A DNA stretch of 64,000 bases, taken from contig OZ316776.1 of the NCBI GenBank assembly GCA_973851085.1, positions 13,206,001-13,270,000 on the forward strand. Reading direction: 5' to 3'. The stretch is from Ptychomitrium polyphyllum (lineage: Eukaryota). The notes beneath the pieces were generated by a model that was not told the origin of the DNA, did no database searches, and saw only the letters and a program-made list of their open reading frames with translations. Below are positions 1-12,955 of this stretch, piece by piece (the stretch's first letter is position 1; each line of letters begins with the position of its first letter). The translations under genes were made by a program, and so were the position numbers.

Positions 1-3000
1 TTAGCTTTTGTTGATGGACTTGTCAATTTTTTTTCTTAAATGTTCTAATTACAAAGCAAAATTGTCACTTCTTTGAAAAACATTTCATAGTCTTTTAAAG
101 GTAAAGCTCATCAAACAGTTATTCTCTAAAATAATTTTTTCCTATGCAACTTTTTATTTTTTGAAAAACAACTTTTCCAAAAGTTTATAATCTATTTTAA
201 GAATTAAGTAGTAATAAATATGCTTTATGAGTACAGTATACCAATGCAAAGCTTTGATCTGCTCAATCACATGGTGTACTCAGGTAAATTTAATCCTAGT
301 GATTATTTGGTGCAACTAGCTCCAAGTTTCATCTTGCATCATGACTTTGTCACGTGTTGTGTTGCCATTCAAACTTCCCATACAAACAAGAAAGGGCTTC
401 TGTTCCCAAAAGCTGTGCTTCCAAGTGCCAAGTGCCAAGTGCTACCCAGTTCTGGTTAAGGAAAATTTTCACAACTTCAAAATAAATCCATTAAGGTTTG
501 TAATTCCAAGGAAATGTAATTTGTCTATCATATAGTTTTTTAAAAGATAATAATGGGCTTAGTACTTTTTAAAAGATTTAGGCTCAATCAAATATGAAAA
601 GCCTTTCATAAACTATATAGGATACTATATTAGTTTGTTACTCTTTCACCACTTGTATAGCTTCTTTTCTTAATATTTTATCAACTAGATTATTAGGCTC
701 AAACAAGGTTTCTTAGTGTTCACCTTCTAACAAGTTAATTTGACATATGGTTTTTAAGTTTGGGCTTCTAAACGTTATATAATTAATAAAAGGCATGACA
801 TCATTTATTATTTTAAATTTCTTTATTATTACTTTGAACAACAAAACTTATCTTTATACAACCCACTTTTAAGCTTCCGTTCTCCAATTCCTTTTCTTCT
901 TTTAAGAAGGTTCAGCTTTACAGCTACATAAATATATATATTATTCATAAAAATAGACTTCAATTATTTACCAAAAATGAATTTTTAATTATCAATTATC
1001 ATCATTACTTGTCTACAACAACATTATTATGTTTCCATTTATAACTTAAGTTTTTCCACACTTATTTTGTATGATTTCAATTTGTGTATTTTTCAAGTTA
1101 AAAATTTGTTTGCTTTTCAAGGTCAATCACTCATCTTCAAATAGGTTTATTCTTGATTTCAGTATATTTAATGCATATTCATTGTAATGACTTAAATTAT
1201 CTTCTTCCAACACTTGTTTTATTGCCTAGATGGAATATGGTTAAAACAAGCTATTTGTATTAAGTCATTATTATTATAATTTATGTAACATTCTTTGATG
1301 ATGTTGCTTTAATTAATATGTTTGCTTCAAAGTCAATTGACAAGAATTTGATGATCTTGAGTGTAATTAATAAAATTTATCTTTAGAAGTTAAATTATGC
1401 AAACAATTAGAAATGTTAAAGAAATGTTGTATTTTCAAAATTAGAAATGTATGCTAGATAGAATAAAAAACTTATTAAGTAAGTACAATTTTTTTAAATT
1501 TTATTTTTATTGAAATTAAATTAAATTAACATATTATATTAATAACCTTGTTGTTTGTAAGTTGGTGCAACACAATGAATGAATAAGTTGCTTTATCAAG
1601 TTTGCCAAATCACCTTAAAATAAAGTAGCTAAATTCTACAATTTTTAATTTTAAATGTTAATAACTTATGCATACAATGATCAGATTTTAGAATGTAATA
1701 GAATTATTTTTATCTTGTAGATATAATTGAATGAAGAAATTTGAAGGTTGTTTGTAATAACAAAGCTTAGTTGTCTAATTTAGTACAATAAGGATGATCA
1801 ATAGCAAGTAATTTGATTTTGGTTGCATAGTATCAAATGGTTGCAACCATGCGCCATTCACATCCCATGTATATATTTGATTCATGCATATTCCATAAAA
1901 TCCATTAGACTAAGTATTTGTACATGTCTGATAATTTCTTAAATAAAAGTGTATTCCACACGGAATAATATATTAGACTTTGCCTCACCTCCTTGCCACA
2001 TTGCACTCCTTTTGCATGCGTACCACAAGTATCTTGCCCGGGACTAAGAATTTAATGCCACCCAGCAGAAATTTTGGTTGCACAGTACAAACTACTGTAT
2101 GCAATTTTCTCATATCTACTACTATCTTTTTTAAAACACAGCCTGGGAGCAACAACCGTGCATGTAGTAGCCTTGAAGTTTGCACCATCTGACACATAAA
2201 CTAGTATACACAACACCTGCAATGGCTCACAATTTAGTCCCACAAGTTGTGTGAGTCAATCACTCATCAAGTGATGTCCCAGGACATGATGTACATGCAT
2301 ATAATATGATAGTAGTAGTGTCCTGGGATAAGATTTTGCAGGGATTGAGGAAAAAAACGTGCTAGTGTATTGGGATGTCTGTTGCTAAAATTTGTTCTAC
2401 AGTAGTAAGCCTGCAAAGTTGTCATGCAGGTGTAGGTTGTGACAGTGTCTTTCTTGATGAAGGTCCAGAAACAAGGTTGACTGGGGGTTGAACGTAATAT
2501 CTTCTGATTCCTCTTAGATGCAGGGACCCAGGGGACACAAATTCATCACCTGCTGACGTCCTGCAAAAGTAATGGACCCTAAACATGTGAAATCATGTAG
2601 CAGTCTGTCCAGTTGCTACAGCATCAACAGCATTCTACAACACGTTGGAACTTGGGAGGTTGGGTTCTTTGTTATGAAAACACAGGAATTCCTTGTGACA
2701 CCTTAAACTAGATTTTCCAAAGGATCATTTTTCATATGCTCATTCTGTTGGCAGTGGTGTAGATTTTGCAGCATAGAAACAACTCCACTGCATTTCAGTA
2801 TGACAATATATTTGTTAGCAGCTCATGATTGAATAATTGAAAGTTCTCCAAATGTGCTTCTAATGTTTTCATATTATAGTTAATGGGCAATGATATTATT
2901 GAATTAAAGGACAAAAATCTTCAAGCTGTTGGTAACTGATTTGGTACATGTATATATGACATTCTTGAATAAATATAGAAAGATGAGTTCATTGTTATTT

Positions 3001-3960
3001 CTTTATCCAATTCACTATAAATATAGCTTTCAAGAAAAAAAAACATAGATTTAGGAATAAAATAATGAGATGTTTTATTTCAACTAAGTCTCTTAATTTT
3101 AAGATTAAATTTTTTTTTGTTATTATGGAATATAACAAGGATGTTATAGAGCCATATATATACTAGTTTACAAAGTTTGACCAATATTTAGAAATAATTC
3201 ACTATTGATATTTCTAAATGTAAGGTTGTGTTTTTAGTTGGTTTTAAAATGTTGTACAAAATGGTTTACAAAATGGTTACTTTTGGTTGTTTTAAATGAA
3301 TGTCAATAAATAAAAACTTGGTAACAAATAGAACTAGTGCTAAATTCCATCATTTAATAATTAGGCCTAATACCAATGATGACAAGGCTCTTATTTAAAG
3401 CAACAACAACCTTTTTATATCCACATATGATATGGAGATTTTTATGAAAACTTTAGTAAAACTCCATTATTAGACTTAATCAACTAATTATCCGTAAATA
3501 AATCTAGAATGTTCAACTTCATTTGATATTTGTCATTCAATCAAGCAAACATGTACCTATAACTATCCATCAACCGCATACATATATAAGTATCTCAAAT
3601 TGGTCAAAAACCTAATTCTCAAAGGAAGACCTTTACAATCCCACCAAACTAAATCCACTAAAAAGATAACAAAAAAATAAAACAAAACGTATGGCACATT
3701 TAACCGCCTGTTGAGTAGCTGCCCCAAATAGGACCGTCAAGAGCTGATTCCCATAATGAACCTTGCAAGCTGCGATCTCCTTTCTTGAGGGACCTTTCAT
3801 CGGTGTCATTGCGTCCGGAGCCGGAGTAGTATGCTCGCTAGGCACACCTGCTAGACTAGTGTGGTGGCAATGCCCTTCACATGAGAAGTTTTCCAGTCCA
3901 AGAGAAGCCTCCAATTGGTTCTGTCTAAATGCTCACCGAACAATAGAAAAGGTTCGTTCC

Positions 3961-5043
3961 TTACGTGATGGCTTTACAGAATTCAAGCACATTATCGATA
4001 ACCTCAGTAATTCTCGCGAATCTTCTGGAAAAGCACCTCGTAACAGCAGCAAAATACCTGCAAACGATGGGCTGCGAAGGGATTAGGGGAGACTGGGACA
4101 TGAGCGCCGCGGCCGCTTTCTTCTTGCTTGCATCCACCGATGCTTGCAAGCTTGTGAAATGGCACATGATAGGCCAGGACTCGCCCGTGCACTGGATGGA
4201 ATCTTGATCCACCTTCCAGCCCCGGAAGAAGAAATTGCTGTTCTCATTGCTCACACCCACTAATAAGAGTTCGCAGTTACGGACTGCGAGGTAGCAGTAC
4301 TCCATCGCTGGTGGTCGCAGAGTCATCACCTTGCTCCACCGCTTCGTGACGACGTCGAAGGATGCGACAATACCTGAGTAGATGTGGAAGAGGTAGAGCT
4401 TACGGTGACAGACGACGGCTGCGACGACTCGTGAGGTTGCGAGCCCCTGAAACTCCCCGGGCAAGTCCTCGCATTCTTCCCATGTGTTGGACTCGGAGTC
4501 GAAAAGTTCCACCTTGGAGAGCACCTCTGGTTTGCTCGCCTCGGTGCGCAATCCGCCGGCGCAGAAGAGTTTGTGAGCGCCGTTCTTGAGGTTCTTGACG
4601 GCGCCGATGATTGGGAGGATGCGCGGCTGTGTTAGAGCTGGGCTTTCCACCCATTCGGGATGCAAGGGAGAGAGCCTATACCGGATGCTCTGGCTCGGAG
4701 AAGGCTCGGAGAGGTTGTAAATGACGCCTCCGGCGCCCCATAAATGGCCGGAGGTCTTAGAGGCAGACGAAGTGGAGGAGGTAGAGAAACCGGTAGCGGA
4801 AGAATCGATGTCCGAGATCTTGTAGCGATATCCATTAATGTACAGCCAACTCTCAGATTGCTCCTGGCGTTGGCTGTAGGCGGCAAGGAAGGTGGGGGAG
4901 GTGGTGAGAGCCCGCCATCGCTTGGAGACGCAGCGAGTGACGCCGACTGTAGGCAAGGGGATACGGGCCAAGATGTTTTCTAAGGCGTGATCGGGCACGA
5001 CGGCTAACGGATCTAAAACTGCAAAATCCTTCGAAGTATACAT
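3961..5043 (-). CDS. F-box/kelch-repeat protein, KUF1/SKIP25-like (single exon)
   Basis: Intronless ORF from ATG at 5043 (MYTSKDF) to TAA at 3961. It has an F-box (VPDHALENILARIPLPTVGVTRCVSKRWRAL) and kelch-like segments (LFCAGG...VELFDSESNTWEECEDLP; FHIYSGIVASFDVVTKRWSKVMTLRPP) resembling the KUF1/SKIP25 family. Confidence 0.85.
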   Translation of the reverse strand: MYTSKDFAVLDPLAVVPDHALENILARIPLPTVGVTRCVSKRWRALTTSPTFLAAYSQRQEQSESWLYINGYRYKISDIDSSATGFSTSSTSSASKTSGHLWGAGGVIYNLSEPSPSQSIRYRLSPLHPEWVESPALTQPRILPIIGAVKNLKNGAHKLFCAGGLRTEASKPEVLSKVELFDSESNTWEECEDLPGEFQGLATSRVVAAVVCHRKLYLFHIYSGIVASFDVVTKRWSKVMTLRPPAMEYCYLAVRNCELLLVGVSNENSNFFFRGWKVDQDSIQCTGESWPIMCHFTSLQASVDASKKKAAAALMSQSPLIPSQPIVCRYFAAVTRCFSRRFARITEVIDNVLEFCKAIT

Positions 5044-5816
5044 CACGACTTCGCCGATCGCTCGAAAAACTTTCCAAATCAAAGCCTAAGCACCAAATAG
5101 AAAGAAAGAAGAGAACACCGCAAAGATTAAGGAAAGATCTGTCAATGTTAACCTTCAAGCAACCAACCTCGTCATTCCAATCGAAAAATCCAACACTCTA
5201 TCTACATCAAAGTGGTGACCTCCTTCTCTTCACCTCTGTAAGCATATTGCTACCCAATTGTCCAACTCTCGAGTTCCTTAACCAAAGATTACGAAAACTC
5301 AGCTCGACACACCTTCTTCCCTCGATCTCGGTCAACAGGTTGCGACCCAACTCTCTAAAACTCACGAGAATTCACAATTTTGGAGGGATTCGCTACAAAA
5401 CTCAGGAGCTCCGAGCCTTGTGAGCCGGAGCCAGTGTACGGTAGAATCAAGGAGTGAATCGAAATTCTTTCACGACAGTCAGCCATTCATGTGAAGAATC
5501 TTCTTGTGTAAAGTAACCGACAAAAAGGTCGTAGATGTCGTGTAACACATGACGCTAGAGTTACGATTACACCTAACCAATTTCTTCACCAGTGACTCGT
5601 TGCCGCATCAGCAGCATGACGTTAAAGAATTGATCAAATATTGTAAAAGCCAAGCCTAGTGCTGTAGCGCAGACAGCTCAGTGAGCCAAATCGTGTCCAT
5701 CCTTTGAGAAAATTGCCGCAGTATACATCGGGTATCAGTTTAGTATGATCAGAGTATCAATCTCACTTGACTATCTTCGACAAATGAACGTCGTAGGCCC
5801 CCTGGGCTCCTTATGA

Positions 5817-6035
5817 GGGATGCACACCTAAGATCGTCACTGTACCCCAAAACTAATACAATCTACCCTGGGTGTACAATTCAGTCCTGAATTTTACGAG
5901 GCATAAGAAAAACTGGTGGCAGATACAATGCATCATCTACCCCTGCGCTAGATTTTAGGAAGCGAGATCCTTATTCTCTGAACGTACTTAAAAACGTCGG
6001 TTTTGGGGTACAGTGACGTTTTAGGTGTGCATTCT
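5817..6035. mobile_element. MITE-like element with ~35-bp terminal inverted repeats
   Basis: Left arm TGCACACCTAAGATCGTCACTGTACCCCAAAAC (5821-5853) is nearly the reverse complement of right arm GTTTTGGGGTACAGTGACGTTTTAGGTGTGCA (6000-6031). The ~145-bp interior is non-coding. No clear target-site duplication. Confidence 0.6.
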
Positions 6036-9000
6036 TTTGGGTCCATGACGGTGGCAATCACCACATGAATCCAAAGCCTTGAGCCGCCTGCATACGAGGA
6101 GTGTAACTTAGACAGGGGAGTGGGGATTTGGGGACATAGTAATCTTGTTCGTTTTTGAGAGAATCACTAGAGTACCAACACCCCTAAATCGTCGAAAGAG
6201 GATTCGCCTATCAAAGCACCTCAAATGAAATGAAAGGAGTATTATCTATGCACATGGGCCACCGGGTATCAAACAGCTATCAATTGAAAAGTGGATCTCG
6301 GAACGCCCTGGAACTTCAAGGGCAAGTTCTGCAAAGGTGGGAGTCACTCGAATTGCAGTATTTTGTAGCGGGAATTGGTAGCTCATGTAGCTCATGTGAT
6401 GTAGATTGCCGGTGAGTCACAAGGTTTGTTCCTGGGAAGCCTCCAACTGTGACCAGCAAATGAGTGGCGCTCCCAATTTTCAAAGAAGATATTTGGGCTT
6501 TGTTTTAAGCAGTGTTTAGGACATTTTTGACTATATCCAGACATGGGCCCGTCTTTCGAACGCTCAACCAGTTCCTGCTCCAATCTGTTGGGCTACAACC
6601 AGCTGCCCACATGTCAACCAACCCAAACTTGCCTTTCTTACACCAATTCCTCTAGATACTTTTTCCGAATACCTACGAACCTTAGCAGTTGCAATTGAGC
6701 CTGTTTGTGTTTCTATCTTTTCGATATCTAACCAGTTGTAGAAATTACTGTATCCATATAATCTCAACAATTCCATGGCCAGTTGATGGCCATGGATTTA
6801 CGACCCCTTACACTTGTCATGCTCTCATCACCTCCGACAGGTGACATGACTTGAAAGAAGAGTGACCTATTCTAACATTGTACACATGCAATAAAATACA
6901 AAAAATCATTGTATAAAGGTTTGTGTCAAAAACACCATATTTTGTCTCATCTGTAATAAAAACAAGGCCTGGTAGATACCTCTCATGGTGTGAGAATAGC
7001 CATTGAAATTTTATGGAGTTCTATATGTAAAAAATATAGTCATATCAGTAGAAGTACCTTCCATTGCAACATGCAAGATAAACTCTAAGTTTTTTGCAGT
7101 CAATTTCTTATGTTGCTTATCTTTAATATATTTTTGAATTGAAAATGAATTGAAAATGCATGCTTACATAAAATTATACTTGTACATGACATCCTAAATT
7201 TTTTTGCAAGAACACAAAGAGTAACATATTTCAATTGCAAAGAATGGTTTTAACTTACCATAGTCTATAAGTAAGAAAAAACTTTTTGTGTCATTAGATG
7301 CACCAAATAGCCTATAATTCCTTCTAAACATCATCCACATTAATCAAAACATCAAATTTCTTGTTTTTAATGAACTAATCTTAATTAAAATAATTGCAAA
7401 GCTTTTATAACTCTTTCATACTTCAACTAGTCATATTAATATATTTAAAAAGAGGAGATGTATTAAACTTGCTTTGACAAGAGTACAGAAAATGTGGTTT
7501 TCTTCTTCTTTTTATATCAATGTGAATAATCTTCTTATGTAAAGTAATCAACAAAGGAAAGTTTTGTAGACCCTTCTTCCTTAAACCTTGAAGCTCAAGC
7601 AACCTTCACTAGGTTTTGATGAGCAAATAGACTTCTACTAAAAGTTACATATACACATTTTTATTTGTGAAGAAATTTCTTTTATAAATCACAAGGTTCT
7701 TATGGATTTTAATTGAAAATTAAGATTTCTAACCTCCATATAACTTCCAAAGATTATTAAAGAAAGTAAAAAAAAATGGTTGCAAGAAAATTCACCTAAA
7801 TATGAAAGAACAATGGTGAAGTTTAATTCTTATAATATCACCAAACAACATGCCTATAATGAAGCAACATATCAAACATGTTAACAAAAGTTATAAGAAA
7901 GTGTATTAATTTGTTCTAAATTTTAAAAAACTCTAATTTCAACACTAGAATATTAATTTATTTAATTTTGCAAAGACTTTTGTATGTAAAGATGCAAGGT
8001 AAGAATTAAAGTAGATGAAAAATAAAATAAAATAAAATAAGAAAGAAAGCAAGAAAATGAAAAAAGAAAAATTTAACTTGTAATTTTCAATTCACAACCA
8101 TTTAAAAGGAATCAAAAGTCAAACTAAAGTGTTTAGAAGAGATAAAAAAAAGATGTTTTTAATTGATTCCAACTAAATTAAGGCATACTCTAAGTCCATT
8201 TTGAAATCAAAATTTATTATCAATTTATAGATAAGAGCCTTTTTAAACTTAAAAATCAATATTTTTTAGATCAAAGTTAAAAATAGAGTTATATTAAAAA
8301 TTTATTCTTTGAAAATTATTTTAAATATGTATCAACTAAAAAATCTATTTATATCGGTTAATTATTATGAATAAACATTCAAATATAAATTGTATTCTTG
8401 GATTGAAAGGTTTTATAATTTTTAGAACCTAAACAAGTTATTAAACTATTAAAAACAAACAAAATAAATTTAATATTGCATATAGTGCCAGATTAAGATT
8501 CTAATAATAATGCAAATGTAATACAAATTAAAAGCAGTTGCATGAAGTAAAGAGTTGACCACTATTAAAGCCCTTGTAAAAGCACTAAGTTTTACTAAGA
8601 CAACAAATTTTCTATATAGCTACTAACATTAATTAAGGATAAATAGATGTATAATGCCAATGAATACAATTGAAGAATTGAGAGAAACATGATGAAAGAT
8701 CAACATTACCAAAAAGACTCACATGTAAAGATTATAGATAGCATTGAAGAGTGCACAATGAAATTTTCAAAGAGGAAGGATAGTAAAAGTTAGTTTTTCT
8801 TGCTTCCATTCTTTAGACTCCATTGTTCTTTACAATACCAACTTGCATATTTACCCACCTTAATCAATTGTGCTTGAAACTTGCTTGGTTTTTTTATTGT
8901 TGGAATCTTTTCAATAAAATTCCCTTATATCTTAGAAATATTCATCTAAAATTATTATAGAAACCGCTTCAAATTATCCAATGTTCAAACTTCATTACCT

Positions 9001-11199
9001 ACATTTGTTTGTTCCAATTAATAATCTAGCAAAATTATTTGGCCCATTTACAATTGATTGCCCAATTAATTTTTTTTTCCCATATTTTGAAGCTTTAATT
9101 AGAAATTTTTTGTGATGCATTGGAAGTCTAAAAATGAAGCTTGCATTTGCTTTGGAGAATTAGATGGAGTATATGCATGGTTTTGTGCTTACAACTTTAT
9201 AGATTTTGATGCTTTTGTGACAACTTTTTTCTCAATTCTTATTTGGTGGTCATTCATATTTGAAGAATGGTTTTTAAAAACAAATATAAAATGACAAATC
9301 AATTCTAAGTGTTAAACAAAAGAATTTCTTTCATGACTCATTTACATGAAGGTGAGTGTGTATGCAAAGAATGGAAGGTGTGACTTAAATAGATTGCTAA
9401 ATGGTCAAATAGGACATTTTTTCTTATTTAGATTTTAAATCCAATTTTTTAAAAATAAAATATCATAAATCATAAAATATTTATTTTTTGAAATTTGAAA
9501 TTCTTAAAAATTGTTGAAATTTCAAAATAAATGGCATTTTGATGTTCCAAACTTGGAATTTTAACATACAATGCAAAACATGTTCATTTATTGAATTTCT
9601 ATGTGTAAAATCGAAATTTAAAAATGACCTTCACAATGGTGATATTAATATTTATTTCAATAGTTCCTAATAAATTAAGCATTTTTGTAATTATTTTGAA
9701 TTTTTAAAGAAATTATCTTTGAAAAATCATATAAATTTCAAATTTTATTAAGCCAGTGTGGAAAATTCAAAGTAACTAATATGATAAGAAAAAAAAAGCT
9801 AAAAAAACAAAATTAAATGTATAAATTATTTGTGTAAACGTATTGATTTATTTATAGAAAAATTAAAAAATTCTCGTTCTAAAATTAATACAATGTATTG
9901 TATTTTATTAGCTAGGAGTATTATTCATTATTTACAAATAATATTTTAAACTTAAATTTAACATAGACACCTTTAATAAAAGTAATATACATACCAAAGT
10001 AAATTTGCTCAGTATCATTAAATTATAAACTTGATAATTCTATGATATTGTTTTCAATATAGGTTGGATAACAAAAGTTGTTCTTAAAATCTTATTCACA
10101 ACTTTTATTATCATCATAATACAAAAATTACACAATCATTGTAAAAGATAATACCAATATAATTGGATAAATAAAACTACCATTTATATTCTGTCTTGCT
10201 ACCAATTTCCTACTTGTATACAATTATAACATTAATATAAATCTTCTTACATTGAGTTCAAGTATGGTTGCAAATCTATTGTTTTGAGAATTAAATCAAT
10301 TTCTAAGTTGTTTGCAGAATCAATACATATTAGTACTTTAAAACTATCTTATACCTTGTTTTGTTGTTCATGAAAAAAACAATGTGAAGATGAAATAAAA
10401 GGGAATTGGCCGCCTACATAGCAATAATGAATGCAAAAAATTCTATTCTTGAAACTTTAAGAAGTACTTTTGGTGTGGCAATCCAAAACCTTCTCCATAG
10501 AAAAAAAATCCTATTTCACCTTGTTGTGAAAGCTTCCATGCTCTTATGTGCAAATTTTGTTGAGATTTAAAGGTTTGATAGAAAGGATATGTTTTTGCAA
10601 TATTTTACTTAATTTTTTCAAAATGGCTGGTTCTCATGAGTTGCTTTGGTTTGAAACAAAGGAAATAAATATATGAGTAGTGAAATTTTTTTGTGTATTT
10701 TCTCAAGGGCAACATAATATAATGCTTTTTAAGGCATTTGGTTTGCTCCCAAATGCTACTAGTAGAAACCTCATGGAGGAATTTTGGCTTAATGAAGAAG
10801 CTGTTGATGTTAGAGGAAAACAAAAACTTAAATTTTGAGGTTGAAGAGGTACAGTTCGTGGAACCCATTCCCAAAAAATGCCACGAGCCTCTTTAGAATG
10901 CAGAACTTGAACAATAGAAGCGGAGCTCACTGACTTGTCCAAAGAAAAAACTTCATCAAAACTCTCTCTAAACAATGCTAATCTTGTTCATCCACATGTG
11001 CTCACTTACGATCCAGAAGAATTCCAATCTGTGTCTCAAAATTCAACACTAGGCTCATCAGTGAGTTACAAAACATGAGTGATAGTCCTGTACCCTCGAA
11101 TGTATTACATACAGTTGCACAAAATTTACAGTTAAAACCTAAGTATTGAAACCATAAGATCCTTGCATCCAGAAAGTCCTAGAATCAAAATGCAGAAAT

Positions 11200-12955
11200 T
11201 TATGGACTAATGTTAATAAAAGTGCAGAAAGTAACCATGCTATCAAACCTGTATCCTAACGATGATACACTCGGTAAAATACGCCACTCCGTTTTGCACT
11301 CCTCCAGAAAAATCTCTCCCACAACTCGCGCCCCATCTTTAATGTAAGCCTTGGAGACGTACAGAAAATTCTCATTCATCAGAAAATTCAAGGTCGGCAC
11401 TTCAGAGTTTCTTCCCAGCGAGGCAAACACTTGCCCTGACATGGACCCGACCTGAATCAAGCTGTGTGTCTGCGAGTCAAGTTTCCACACATTCACAGCA
11501 TTTCCTCCCGACTGCTCACATAAACCGGCCACCACAAGCGTTCCACCAATAGCCATAAAGTGGTGGTATATCAAACCCCGAGGACGCTGCAACCGCACTG
11601 GAGTCCATTCTTTGTTACAAAAATCCAGGACGTGAATCAACCAAGAGTGAATCAAAGACATGTACAACTTGTTGTTGCACACAACGCCAGACATCCAGAG
11701 TCTGGAGCTGCTTCCAGAGAAATCGTCTGGTAAAGGATTATAAATCTCCCAAACACCTGCAACCAATGGGAATTGCCATCAGAACAAACGTATGGCCTCT
11801 TGTCAAGGCCATTAGCCTCTGTCCCCAAAACAATGGTAGAGGAGTCAAAGTAGTACTGCCCACTTCAAAGAGTATACTTTACGCTACATTGCCTTTCCTA
11901 CTTCTACAGAGACGAGCAAATTCAATTCTGACATCCTCGAGGCATACCTCTGGGTTAAGACCTCAACACGTTAAGATCCAACCTCAACCTTTTATGCAAA
12001 AACTGAGTCACTGTCTACTCTCACCCCACCAATAGATACAATGAAGAAATATGACAACCATACGGTGAGAGAAGCATTTCTAAAATGTGCTTCAGCACGA
12101 ATTCTGTAGACAATATATACAATCTACAATATATCATCAGAGCTGATAAAATTACCGAAAAAAGTTAGGCCACAATTGGGAATTATGTAACATTCAGATG
12201 ATCCGTAACAAAAGACAATTCGTCAAATTTCTGTTCAGGAACGTCATTGTGAGTGAGAATGAGATGCACTTACCAGTTTCAGAATCGAAGACTTCCACAG
12301 CCATGTGCTCGGGCTCGTAATCCGGAACGCCCCCTGCCACCACCAGCTTATGCCCAGAGCCTGCTCTTCCAGTTCCCAGCGCCACACTCACAACAGGAGC
12401 ATGGCGTGCGAACCCCATCACCGGAGTCTTGTGCCACGTTTCTAAGAACGACGAGGGAGACGACGCGGATTTCGTGAGCTTATACGTCAGCTTGTTGTCG
12501 CCAGGGCCAGCGATGGCGTACACCAGCCCACTGGCGCCGGCTAAAGAGCCGTAATTATGAGAAGGGAATTGCATAGGAGGAAGCGTGATCCATGTTCGAG
12601 ATTCTTCGTCGTAGGCAAACGCTTGCGACTTGCTGCGGACGAGATGGTTCGTTCGGTAGCAGACGAGGCGTGGTTGCTGCTCCCCGAGCTGCCTGTGAAG
12701 AATGTCGAACTCTGGCGTGTTGGTGACGGCTAGCCAACGCTTGCAGACCTGCTTGGAAGCTTTGAGGGGAGAGAGGGGAAGGCGAGCGAGGATGTACTCC
12801 AGCATGTCGTCGCCGAGCTGCCCCCACGGGTCCTCGGTGGAGAGCTTTTCCCCGGGAGTGACAGTAGTCGCCATTGATGTTCGCTTCGGAATTGTGCGCC
12901 CCAAGTGGTCAGGGAATGGTCTCAGCACCGTAAGGTCATCGGTGGGGGAATCCAT
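11200..12955 (-). CDS. F-box/kelch-repeat protein, KUF1/SKIP25-like (2 coding exons: 12955-12274, 11756-11200)
   Basis: F-box (LGDDMLEYILARLPLSPLKASKQVCKRW) and kelch (LVVAGGV...AVEVFDSETG|VWEIYNPLPDDF). A GT-AG phase-1 intron at 12273-11757 joins the two ORFs in frame. Confidence 0.88.

Noticed and set aside
1980..2800. GC-richer patch with short ORFs, possible transposase remnant
   Set aside because: No recognisable motif in any frame, so no call can be supported.
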